The translations under genes and the position numbers were made by a program. Below, piece after piece: positions 17,164 through 28,329 of a stretch of 64,000 bases of DNA. The notes under the pieces are model-generated. The model was not told the DNA's origin. It saw only the letters and a program-made list of their open reading frames with translations, and made no database searches. The stretch comes from Chloroflexota bacterium (GTDB lineage Bacteria > Chloroflexota > Anaerolineae > Promineifilales > Promineifilaceae), in the NCBI GenBank assembly GCA_024275635.1, contig JAJRYT010000114.1:28292-92291 (forward strand), given 5' to 3'. Positions within the stretch are counted from its first letter, which is position 1. Every line of letters begins with the position of its first letter.

Positions 17164-17606
17164 TTTAATGGGATGCGTATGGTGGACTCAAAGTCGTCGC
17201 AATTGATTTGTAAACTGTCTAGGGTGGGGTTGACACAAGTGTGTTGGTAAACCACTGCACCCGCACGATTTCCGCCGGAAGGGTCGCTGTCATATCGGAA
17301 GTAGAAAATATCGCCGTTATGGGTTGCTGCCCAGCCGTCGGCAACGTGGGAATCTATCCCCTGCTGTTGGATTTGCAGGAAGAATCCCTGGCCCGTCTGC
17401 TGCGCTTTCGAGGCGCAGGCAAACCCTGGCCCTGGATCATCTCCGACGCGGGTGATGCCGCAATCAACGGCCGTTTTCTCTGCATGATCGGCTAAAAATT
17501 TATGGAACACGGCCGTGTCATCCGCGCGTCCCGTCATAAACAGCAGCAAGATGACCAGCATACTTGCCAGTAATATTGTTCCCTGTTTCCAGCCCCATTT
17601 TTTCAT
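17160..17606 (-). CDS. hypothetical secreted protein
   Basis: Start chosen at MKKWGWKQGTILLASMLVILLLF (signal-like). The ORF-track N-terminal extension is Arg-rich and overlaps the upstream gene. Confidence 0.5.
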   Translation of the reverse strand: MKKWGWKQGTILLASMLVILLLFMTGRADDTAVFHKFLADHAEKTAVDCGITRVGDDPGPGFACASKAQQTGQGFFLQIQQQGIDSHVADGWAATHNGDIFYFRYDSDPSGGNRAGAVVYQHTCVNPTLDSLQINCDDFESTIRIPLK

Positions 17607-17614
17607 ATCTGCTT

Positions 17615-18118
17615 TCAGATCGGGTTGGAGCCGCCAGCCTGAAAAATCTCTTCCAGATAGCGGCGGGCTTTGTTGACTTCGTAATTGTAGAAAACCATGC
17701 TGATTCCGTAAAAGAGTATCAGGAAACTGAAAAAGAGGGTAAACGAACCTGCGCCGCCGTTGCCTGTTTCCGGCGAAACGAGGAAACCAAAGGATATGAA
17801 TGCCCAAAAGGGGATGAACAGGGCCATGAAGCCAATAATGAAATAGCTCAAGCGCGTCGTGACCTCAATGCGGCTTGTGTTCAGGTCGTTGTGAATTTGA
17901 CCGGTGATGATAGGCAGGAAGTTGTTGCGGTAATGAATGATGCGATTGATGTTGAATTTGCCGTTTTCTACTGTCCCCGCAAAAAATTTATGATCCCGTG
18001 AAAACCCCCAACGGAACAACTGGCGCGGTTCCACCTCTGCCGCCAGTCGTTGTTCCACCTCATGCGCTTGCAAATATGCCTTGATGGTAAACCGGGTGTA
18101 GGGAATGAGTAGAATCAT
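17615..18118 (-). CDS. hypothetical membrane protein
   Basis: 167-aa ORF with two predicted TM helices in the C-terminal half. No domain recognised. Confidence 0.5.
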   Translation of the reverse strand: MILLIPYTRFTIKAYLQAHEVEQRLAAEVEPRQLFRWGFSRDHKFFAGTVENGKFNINRIIHYRNNFLPIITGQIHNDLNTSRIEVTTRLSYFIIGFMALFIPFWAFISFGFLVSPETGNGGAGSFTLFFSFLILFYGISMVFYNYEVNKARRYLEEIFQAGGSNPI

Positions 18119-18128
18119 GTTTTTGGAT

Positions 18129-18182
18129 AGATTGGGGATTGGAGACTAATTCGCCCAGTCTCCAATCCCCAGTCTCCAGTCT

Positions 18183-18185
<3 letters not shown>
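18129..18185. repeat. heptamer hairpin, GGAGACT family, immediately 3' of alaS
   Basis: ggggattggagact / agtctccaatcccc, a perfect 14-bp stem, then agtctccagtctc. Confidence 0.85.
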
Positions 18186-20876
<2,691 letters not shown>

Positions 20877-20886
20877 TCCTAGTTGT

Positions 20887-20958
20887 GGATTAAAGATTGA
20901 TGATTGAAGATTGATAGGCTAGCGTCAATCGTCAATCTTTAATCTTCAATCATGAATC
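20887..20958. repeat. long heptamer hairpin, GATTGAA/TCAATCT family
   Basis: ggattaaagattgatgattgaagattga ... tcaatcgtcaatctttaatcttcaatcatgaatcc. Confidence 0.8.
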
Positions 20959-20980
20959 CTCCGAATTTTACCGTAGCAAC

Positions 20981-21016
20981 AAAAAACCGCCAGACTGATG
21001 ATGTCCAGTCTGGCGG
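20981..21016 (-). terminator. Rho-independent terminator (minus strand)
   Basis: 11-bp GC-rich stem ccgccagactg/cagtctggcgg followed on the minus strand by TTTTTT. Confidence 0.65.
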
Positions 21017-21046
21017 CGTTTGCTGCGTTTGGTTATCTCGCGTCAA

Positions 21047-21130
21047 TCAGGCACACAAACGATCCAGACCGGAGGTCTGACCGGCAGCAGCGGCAGCGCT
21101 GTTTTGGATGATTGACGAAAACTGATTCAT
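21047..21130 (-). CDS. candidate 27-aa small ORF (MNQFSSIIQNSAAAAAGQTSGLDRLCA)
   Basis: ATG with a weak AGGT upstream. Stop is 30 nt before a canonical terminator. Below the ORF-track length cutoff. Coding status unproven. Confidence 0.25.
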   Translation of the reverse strand: MNQFSSIIQNSAAAAAGQTSGLDRLCA

Positions 21131-21333
21131 GACTTTACCTAATCAAATGATGAAGCACATTTTAGAGGAGATGGCCGTACCTGTCAACCTGCGTTTGGTC
21201 GTTAGCGTTTAGTTAATGATGGGGTATCGTGGGTTGTGTACGGCCGTTCCTCGCGTAAAATGGATGATGTGTTTCCGGATAGATTTTCGGCGCGTTGGCT
21301 GATCGCTAACCGTTGACAGGCTGACAGCTTTCC

Positions 21334-23922
21334 ATGTCTAATTTCAACTGGCAAACCGAAGATGATGTACTTTGGGATGATGAGACAGCGGCGGAGGAAA
21401 CGGCCGTTTCCCGCCGCCGCCCCTGGTTCACCTTCATCATCATCGTGGCCGCCGTTATCACGGCCGGGGTTGTTATTTACCGTCAGGTGAACGAACGTAT
21501 TGAAACGGCAACTGGCAGCGTCAAGAGCGATATCCTGGCCTCCCAAAATTTGATTCAGCAGGCTGGCCGGCAGGTAGATGTTGAGTTGTTCCAGACCTTG
21601 TTATCGGGGCGCGATCCGGCCTGGGCTGATTTGCAGGGGGAGCTTGTGGCGCAGGGCTGGTTGTTTGAGCGGGCGGCGTTGGGCTTGCGCTGGCAGCCGC
21701 CGCAAGCCCCGTTGACATTGGCCGATTTGACGGGGGACAGGGCCCCGGTTGTCATTGATCTCAATCCGGAATTGAGCGCCGCCGAACTGCATTTTAATCA
21801 GGTATATGAAATTGAGATTGGGAATGGGCTGACAAAAACGGTGACGCTGCGGCAAACGGCCGTTTACCGGCGCGGAACCCAGCGCTGGTTATATTCGCCG
21901 CCGAAAGACGCCTTTTGGGGAGCGTATACAACCAACGCCGGCAGCGTTTTGACCCTGGCTTACCCGGAGCGGGATGCCGCAGTTGCCGCAAGGTTGGCCG
22001 TTGATCTGGATGCTAAACTGAACGAAATGTGCCGGACTGTTATTGATATAATCTGCCCCGATGATTTGCGAATTCATTTACGCTTTGACAATAATAGTGA
22101 AAGTTTGATGGATGCAGCGGCCCCCTTGTTTGTATCGAGCAGCGGCTTACAGATCAAACTGCCAGCGCCGACGCTGGTGGGGCTGCCGCTGGATGAGGCC
22201 GGCTACCAGGCATTATTTCGCGGCTACGCCGCCCAGGTGGTAACGGCCGTTATCACCAACCTGGCGGCGTATCAATGTTGTGATCATGTAGCCTTTTACC
22301 AGGCGCTGCTCGATTACCAACTGGATAGGCTGGGGTTACGGCCGTTCCCGCACGATAAAGTTGACTATGCCCGAGTAATCGGTGAAGGCATCACCTTTGA
22401 GGAGATGAACACGCCCTGGCGCAGCAGCCGGATTGATTACCTGGCCGGCGAAAATGGGTGGCTGGTGTATACGGCCGTTGACTTCATACGCCAGCAGTTT
22501 CCCACGCTCTCCCCGGCCCATATGCAGCGAAATATGAACAACCGCCGCTCACTCACCGCCTGGCTGTTGGTTGTGACCAGTGAAACAGCCGCCTCCATCG
22601 CCGACGTGACCGCCGCGGCTGATCTATACCAAAAATGGCAGCAGTTCGCCCTGGCGCAGACCCAGGCTGAGCAAGGGCCGCCGCCCGTTCCTTTGCCGGA
22701 GCAGGACATCTACCTGCTTTGTACGCCGCCACAAGAATCGCCGATAACTGGCTTGTATCAATATGACTTGGCAACTGCGGAATGGACAGAGCATGAGTTT
22801 GATTCATTGGCCGTTTTTATGAGCGCCCTGCCCCAGGCTGACACTCTCCTGCTGCAAACAATCGGCAGTGAAAACGGTGAGAGCCAGGCGATCCTCTGGC
22901 GCGACGACTTAAGCCAACCCTATTTACCAACCGGTTATTTGACTTTCGGGCAGTTTGATCCCCCTAATCGGCGACTTCTTGTGTATGGCTTTAACCAAGA
23001 GGAAACAGTTGTTGTGCATGTGGCAGAGAAGGATGGTTGTGAAGAGGCCGATTGTCCCCTCTTGTTGGCGGCGGGAATTCCGGTTTGGTCGCCGGATGGG
23101 GATCGGTTTATTTTGATCTCGGCAGAGGCTATCGGTCAAAATCCGTTTGTGGTAAACGGCCGTGTCGTCCTGTTTGATCTAACCAGCCAACCGTTCGAGT
23201 GGCCGCTGTATCGCGGCGATGTCACCCAGGTGACGACCAGCATCAACGAATTAACGCGAATTGGCATTGGATACTCACCATTCTGGCTGGATGAGACGAC
23301 TTTTGGCTACATCTGGCAAATTCCGACCTCCTCCGACACCAATCGTCACCAATTGGTTTTGATGTCTACCGGCGACGAAACGCAGCAGCCCGGCCTGACA
23401 GAAACCGAACTGCTGCTGGCGCTGCCGGACAACAACGCCATTCCGGCGCCCACGATGCGGTATGTCGTGGCTCCTCCGCGGCAGCCCAACCTGCTTTTTA
23501 TTGTCGCTTTGGGGGAAGCGCAGCAGTTCTACATTTTTTCGTATGATGTGCGGACGAAAGAGGTGCGTTACCATTTGCAAGTGGGGCCGGGGGAGAATCA
23601 TTCGTTGAGTTTTTCACCGGACGGCCGTTTCCTGGTGTTAACCGGGACCGCGCCTGAGAGCAGTGAACGGCCGTTCTCCGACCAGAGTTACACGCTGTTC
23701 CTTTACGATATTACCGGCGGTCAGGTAGAAACCTTTGCCAGCACATCGTTGGCTTTCGCCCCTTCGTCCACCTATGCCTGGTCGGCTGACGGCGAATGGT
23801 TGGTCATTGTGCAGGATAACCAGATGTTAACCTTGGTCGCACCCAGCTATGGTTACCGGCAGTTTATCCCGCATGGATTAAGCGGCTGTTCCAGCGTAGC
23901 CTGGTTGAACCGGGGAAGCTAG
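21334..23922 (+). CDS. large hypothetical membrane-anchored protein with C-terminal beta-propeller-like repeats
   Basis: N-terminal TM helix. C-terminal repeated WSPDGDRF / FSPDGRFLV / WSADGEWLV motifs like TolB/WD40-type propellers. Confidence 0.7.
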   Translation: MSNFNWQTEDDVLWDDETAAEETAVSRRRPWFTFIIIVAAVITAGVVIYRQVNERIETATGSVKSDILASQNLIQQAGRQVDVELFQTLLSGRDPAWADLQGELVAQGWLFERAALGLRWQPPQAPLTLADLTGDRAPVVIDLNPELSAAELHFNQVYEIEIGNGLTKTVTLRQTAVYRRGTQRWLYSPPKDAFWGAYTTNAGSVLTLAYPERDAAVAARLAVDLDAKLNEMCRTVIDIICPDDLRIHLRFDNNSESLMDAAAPLFVSSSGLQIKLPAPTLVGLPLDEAGYQALFRGYAAQVVTAVITNLAAYQCCDHVAFYQALLDYQLDRLGLRPFPHDKVDYARVIGEGITFEEMNTPWRSSRIDYLAGENGWLVYTAVDFIRQQFPTLSPAHMQRNMNNRRSLTAWLLVVTSETAASIADVTAAADLYQKWQQFALAQTQAEQGPPPVPLPEQDIYLLCTPPQESPITGLYQYDLATAEWTEHEFDSLAVFMSALPQADTLLLQTIGSENGESQAILWRDDLSQPYLPTGYLTFGQFDPPNRRLLVYGFNQEETVVVHVAEKDGCEEADCPLLLAAGIPVWSPDGDRFILISAEAIGQNPFVVNGRVVLFDLTSQPFEWPLYRGDVTQVTTSINELTRIGIGYSPFWLDETTFGYIWQIPTSSDTNRHQLVLMSTGDETQQPGLTETELLLALPDNNAIPAPTMRYVVAPPRQPNLLFIVALGEAQQFYIFSYDVRTKEVRYHLQVGPGENHSLSFSPDGRFLVLTGTAPESSERPFSDQSYTLFLYDITGGQVETFASTSLAFAPSSTYAWSADGEWLVIVQDNQMLTLVAPSYGYRQFIPHGLSGCSSVAWLNRGS

Positions 23923-24086
23923 AGAATGGAGCGTGAGATGGAGGAGATGATAAAGATTAAGAATTAGCTCTTTAGGATTACATGGGGTTGACACCAAATG
24001 TAGGGGGGGGTCGCGAACCGCCCGTATACCGACTCACCCCGTGAAATCCCCAAGACTCTAAGAATTTAGGTTCATTATCCAGGAGA

Positions 24087-24120
24087 GGGGAACGGCCGTA
24101 CACTACAACGGCCGTTCCCC
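24087..24120. terminator. hairpin formed by two ACGGCCGT palindromes
   Basis: ggggaacggccgt / acggccgttcccc, a 13-bp stem with an 8-nt loop, 165 nt after the stop at 23922. No T-run. Confidence 0.4.
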
Positions 24121-24246
24121 CTTCATAATTCATCCTGGCTTATTTAATGATTCCAGTCTAGGAAACGGCCGTTATCACCCTATTACCGCTTCGTTAGCAA
24201 AACATTCAACTTTCGTTAGCACTTTTGATAACATATATAATGGTTC

Positions 24247-24860
24247 ATGGCTCGACTCAACATCTCGCTATTGGGTACATTTCAGGTTATGTTGGAACGA
24301 CGGTTTATTTCCCGTTTTCGCTCAACCAATAATCAGGGATTATTGGTTAAGCTTCTGCTGCAAAACGACAAACCGCTTTCCCGTGAACTGCTGGTCGCAC
24401 TTTTTTGGCCGGAGGAATCGGAGAAGAACACGCGCAACAATCTGCGCCAATCACTTTACCAGCTGCATAAACTGCTGGGCGATTTAGACGAACCGCAGCA
24501 GCCTTATTTTCTGGCGACGCGCCAGATAGTGCAGTTCAACCCCGATAGCGATTATGTGTTGGATGTGGGTCAATTTTACAAGCGATTGACGACGGGGATT
24601 TGGAAACGGCCGTTTCCCACTATCACGACGACCTGCTCCCCGGCTTCACTTGTGACAGCCTTGAATTTGAATCATGGCTGCGGCAAGAAAGAGAGCAACT
24701 GCACCATCTGGCCTTGGCGATGATGTTGGAGGCAACGCGGGATAGTTTGCGAAACGGCCGTTACGCCAAAGCGCAAGCCACCGCACTACCTGTGGCTAGG
24801 CGGGGTAGTTTCTGGTTGGAGAACGGCCGTGTTTCCTGCCTTTTTATCGTTGTAGACTAA
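24247..24860 (+). pseudogene. frameshifted, truncated SARP/BTAD-type transcriptional regulator remnant
   Basis: The winged-helix + BTAD start (LSLLGTFQV...LLV.LFWPE...RNNLRQSLYQL) continues in another frame (ETAVSHYHDDLLPGF...FESWLRQEREQL). Frame change near 24590-24600. No NTPase/TPR tail. Confidence 0.6.
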
Positions 24861-25076
24861 CTTTATCAACTTATCGAGCAGCTTTACAGCATCATTTAAC
24901 CGCTTTATTTCAAGTTCCCCGGGCCAGTCAAAAATACAAAGTCTGCTAAAGTCAGCGCCATTCTCCCCTTTTTGTCACAATAGATCGCTATTCGTCCCCT
25001 CCAGGCGATAAAGCCACGACAGCCGCCTATTATCCTTAGCAAGGCGATATGAAAAATTGTTAAGAAAGGAACGGCC

Positions 25077-25289
25077 GTGTCCCCCAAACGATTTGCTTTT
25101 GTCCTTCGGCTTTGGAATGAAACAGAAAGCCACACAATAATCGGTCCGACGATAATGCGTGGATCATTGCAATTAGCCAACTCTGACGAGGTTATGTACT
25201 TCAATTCCCTGGAACAAATTCCGACAATTTTACAGGAACTAACTGGTTGGTCGGACCCGGCCGAAACCGAGTCGCCCGTATCGGATTAA
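25077..25289 (+). CDS. small hypothetical protein
   Basis: 70-aa ORF (FAFVLRLWNE...MRGSLQLANSDEVMYFNSLEQIPTIL). Plausible composition. No domain recognised. Confidence 0.4.
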   Translation: MSPKRFAFVLRLWNETESHTIIGPTIMRGSLQLANSDEVMYFNSLEQIPTILQELTGWSDPAETESPVSD

Positions 25290-25319
25290 TTTTCTTTCAT
25301 GTCATGGAGGCATTGGATA

Positions 25320-26414
25320 ATGATACAACAATTGAAACAACAGAAATTTTTCTTATTGGTAATAAGCCTGACCTTTCTTTTAGCCGCCTGTGGGGGAAAT
25401 AGTGAGGAAACGGCCGATTCCGAACCGACTGCCGAGCCTGTTGTCGTACAAACGGTGGTTGTCGTAGCCACGCCAACCACAGCCCCAATCGGGGAAGCTT
25501 CTGAACCCTCAGAAGAAACAGCGCCGGCTGTGGATGCGCCGGTTCTGGAAGCCCCCGCCGCCCAACCAGGCGAACCGACAATGACGGCCCTGGTAGATTT
25601 GAATGTCCGCACTGGCCCTGGCACAAATTATCCCTCAGTTGGCGCTTTGCGGGCCGGGAGCAGCGCCCGCATCATTGGGCAAAGTCCCGATGGGTTTTGG
25701 TGGAAAATTGAATGCCCGCCCGGCGCCGGCTCGGAATGTTGGTCTTCGGCCGGAAGCCAATATGCTTCAGCGGCTAATGCCGGCGGTGTGTTGGTAGCGG
25801 CCGTTCCGCCTGCGCCAACCCATGTTCCGGCGGCGACCAGCGCAGCGACGGAAATCGCCCAGGTCTCGCCCACAGCAACTGCAACAATGGACAACAATGG
25901 CGAAACGCCGACTATCACGGCGACGCCCCCTACTGGAAACGAGGCGACGCCAACCGCCGCTGCCACGCCACCAACGGAAAATAATACGCCCACGGCAACA
26001 GCCACAGAACCGGGCGTACCGTTGGCCGATTTTGACAACGATTCACTGCAAAATCCAGCTACATCCGTATTCTTTAGGCCAACAGGCACGCGCAACTTTA
26101 GCTACAGCAACGCTATTTCGTTCCCGGATGGGGATCAGGATGATTGGGTTGAATTTGAGTTCCCGAACAATTCCAACACGGCCCAACGGGTGTGGATCAC
26201 CTTAAACTGCTCAATTACGGGCGATCCTGGGGCGCAGGTCAGGGCAACGGTGTGGGAAGATGGCGTAAAAACCACAAAAATCGTCCTTTGCGGCCAGGGG
26301 GAAACGCAGTTGACGGTGGATAATACCAAAACGCAGCAGTTACAAATTCATTTTGGCATAGCCAGCGATCCGGTTTATGCGACCTATGATTTAACGGTGG
26401 TTGGGTTCAAGTAA
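25320..26414 (+). CDS. SH3b-domain lipoprotein with Thr/Pro/Ala-rich linkers
   Basis: Lipobox LTFLLAACGG. ALVDLNVRTGPGTNYPSVGALRAGSSARIIGQSPDGFWWKI is a bacterial SH3 domain. The ORF track allows a start at 25299. Confidence 0.7.
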   Translation: MIQQLKQQKFFLLVISLTFLLAACGGNSEETADSEPTAEPVVVQTVVVVATPTTAPIGEASEPSEETAPAVDAPVLEAPAAQPGEPTMTALVDLNVRTGPGTNYPSVGALRAGSSARIIGQSPDGFWWKIECPPGAGSECWSSAGSQYASAANAGGVLVAAVPPAPTHVPAATSAATEIAQVSPTATATMDNNGETPTITATPPTGNEATPTAAATPPTENNTPTATATEPGVPLADFDNDSLQNPATSVFFRPTGTRNFSYSNAISFPDGDQDDWVEFEFPNNSNTAQRVWITLNCSITGDPGAQVRATVWEDGVKTTKIVLCGQGETQLTVDNTKTQQLQIHFGIASDPVYATYDLTVVGFK

Positions 26415-26512
26415 AACGATTAATCCTCTCGGCGGTTAGCTCGATGAAAACAGCTAACCTCTCGTGAACCCCCGGGAGGATGTTTTAATCGAAAAATAAT
26501 TCCAGGGTAAGC

Positions 26513-26549
26513 AAAACGGCCGTTCCCCCCACCGGGAAACGGCCGTTTT
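26513..26549. terminator. bidirectional terminator-like hairpin made of two ACGGCCGT palindromes
   Basis: aaaacggccgttcc / ggaaacggccgtttt between convergent genes. T-run after the stem on the plus strand and A-run before it. Confidence 0.55.
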
Positions 26550-26571
26550 CATCTTCACAAGAATCTGCTAG

Positions 26572-27366
26572 CTATATTTTTACTGATTTAGGATCAATCC
26601 CGGCCGCCTTCAACGCCTTCTTGTAAGCTGATTTGGCTTTAGAATTGGCGATACGCGCCTTCCGTTTTTCATCTGGGGGCATATCGGCGGTGATTTTAAT
26701 CAATTCGGGCAGCGGCATATTGGCCGGAGCCGGTTCAGCCGTCGCCGCCGACGCAGAAACAGCCGCCGGAGCCGGGGCGGCTGGCGCGGCCGCAACGGCG
26801 CCAGCCGCTTTAGCCGCCTTCTTAGCCGCTGATTTGGCTTTGGCATTGGCAATGCGCGCCTTACGCACTTCGGCCGGAGGCATATCATCCGTGATTTCGA
26901 TGACCGGATAATCCTTACCCGGCACCAATTCCACACTTTTACCAACAGCGGGGGCGGCGGCAGGAGCAGCAGGTTCCGCGATAACGACTCCAGTACGTAC
27001 CCCTTCCCAACCATGATAGGCGGCAATTTTAACGGCCGTTATCGGATCCTTAGCCACACCCTGCCAGGCCGTCTTTAGTCCATTCGATTGGCCTAAACGT
27101 CTAATCCCCATGTTCGCGCCGCGCGGTAACTGCGCCGCCTGCTTCGCCGCCAGACGGCGCGCTTCTCGTAATTGGGTTTCTAAATCAGCTTCAACAGGAA
27201 TTTCAAAACCTTGAGTCAGCGCCGGATTATACCGGGAACCCGTTTTTACGGCCGTCCCCCGGTCTTTCTGAACCGCTTCATCTAAGCGGGCCATCCCTTT
27301 TGACAGAAGAACAGCCGCGACAATGATAAAAATGACCACAACTACAGCAATGACGTAAATAAGCAT
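26572..27366 (-). CDS. hypothetical membrane-anchored protein with an internal duplicated Lys/Ala-rich module
   Basis: N-terminal TM helix. Two copies of I(T)xDMPPxExRKARIANxKAKSAxKKAxKAAG separated by an Ala/Pro tract. Confidence 0.6.
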   Translation of the reverse strand: MLIYVIAVVVVIFIIVAAVLLSKGMARLDEAVQKDRGTAVKTGSRYNPALTQGFEIPVEADLETQLREARRLAAKQAAQLPRGANMGIRRLGQSNGLKTAWQGVAKDPITAVKIAAYHGWEGVRTGVVIAEPAAPAAAPAVGKSVELVPGKDYPVIEITDDMPPAEVRKARIANAKAKSAAKKAAKAAGAVAAAPAAPAPAAVSASAATAEPAPANMPLPELIKITADMPPDEKRKARIANSKAKSAYKKALKAAGIDPKSVKI

Positions 27367-27428
27367 TTCCTATCCCTCAAAATATCAGGTTGTAATGTTC
27401 AATTAGCCGGGTCATTATACATTTCTTT

Positions 27429-27536
27429 GGCCATAGAACCAGAAAGCGGCGCCGAGATGTCTCGGCGCCGCTTTCTGGTCTGTCCTCTACTTTGATCTGT
27501 GCGCGGCTTTCCTGGTCACTCCCCTTACTTTCTCAC
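27429..27536. repeat. copy A of a ~100-bp repeated element containing a 19-bp-stem hairpin
   Basis: ggccatagaac...aaagcggcgccgaga..tctcggcgccgcttt...ctactttga...gtcactcccc..actttc aligns with 31571-31668 in the same orientation. Confidence 0.7.
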
Positions 27537-27670
27537 AACCGTCTAGCGAAGCTTCGCCTCAAACCGATGAATAGGCCACAAATTTTCATGATTAGCGTAG
27601 TTTTTTACATTTTAGGCCTGAAATCTATTCTTATCAGCGTTAATCAGCGCCCTAAACACAGCCTGTTAGC

Positions 27671-27874
27671 CTATTCTTTCTTGATAGTAGACAGTTTGAA
27701 AGGCGCGTAAAGCGGGCAAAAACTGAGAAAGCTGGTAGCCAAAAATATAACAGCCAGAATGCCCAGGATGATGGCTAACGTCCCGGAAATCACATTGGTG
27801 AAGTAAAGCGCAGCGACGACGACGGCGAAAATGGCGCGAATAATACGATCTGTCGTTCCCATATTAGATTTCAT
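27671..27874 (-). CDS. DUF2892 (YgaP-like) small membrane protein
   Basis: DRIIRAIFAVVVAALYF...ILGILAVIFLATSFLSFCPLY is the DUF2892 pattern. Confidence 0.7.
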   Translation of the reverse strand: MKSNMGTTDRIIRAIFAVVVAALYFTNVISGTLAIILGILAVIFLATSFLSFCPLYAPFKLSTIKKE

Positions 27875-27886
27875 GATAAACCTCCG

Positions 27887-27994
27887 TTTATGCAGTAAAA
27901 GATTGGATTAAAATGGTCAGGCCAGCAACGAGGCCGATACAAATGACGCAAATGATTGCCAGTTTGATGAGTTTCGTTCTTGTTGTGTCTTCCA
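27887..27994 (-). CDS. candidate 35-aa single-TM peptide (MEDTTRTKLIKLAIICVICIGLVAGLTILIQSFTA)
   Basis: ATG preceded by GAGG. Lies between the anti-sigma and DUF2892 genes on the same strand. Below the ORF-track cutoff. Confidence 0.3.
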
Positions 27995-28072
27995 TTCTCT
28001 GCCTCTGTTTTGCCTGTTTGCTCTTTTGACGGAGCAGTCATGAAAAGGTTACAAAATTGGGCGCTGACTTTT

Positions 28073-28318
28073 TCAGCAGTCCGCTTCCGCTTGCAGGAAA
28101 GCGTCTTGGAGTTGGTCAAACAATCGCTGCCGCCGTAGGGTCGGAATCGTCCGTTTACCCTGTTCACGGAAAAGCGAGATGGTTTGCTGGGTGGTATCCA
28201 GCACGACGCGGCAGTTATGGCACGTTGCCAGGTGTTCCTGGGCAGCGGCCGTTAATTCTTCATCTAAATTCTGATCAATGTAGTCGGACAGGTATTGTAA
28301 CAGTTCCTCACAAGTCAT
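28073..28318 (-). CDS. zf-HC2 anti-sigma factor
   Basis: MTCEELLQYLSDYIDQNL...HLATCHNCR is an H-x3-C-x2-C zinc anti-sigma motif. Directly downstream of the ECF sigma gene. Confidence 0.75.
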   Translation of the reverse strand: MTCEELLQYLSDYIDQNLDEELTAAAQEHLATCHNCRVVLDTTQQTISLFREQGKRTIPTLRRQRLFDQLQDAFLQAEADC

Positions 28319-28329
28319 ATTTCGTTCCT

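Noticed and set aside
20877-21046. T-box leader upstream of alaS
   Set aside because: I could not find the conserved T-box sequence (AGGGTGGTACCGCG-like) or a specifier-loop arrangement. The region is occupied by a heptamer hairpin and the terminator of the small upstream ORF.
24905-25204. 99-aa minus-strand ORF overlapping the 70-aa plus-strand ORF
   Set aside because: It has no RBS or domain. It overlaps a more plausible ORF and lies in a decayed region next to the SARP pseudogene.
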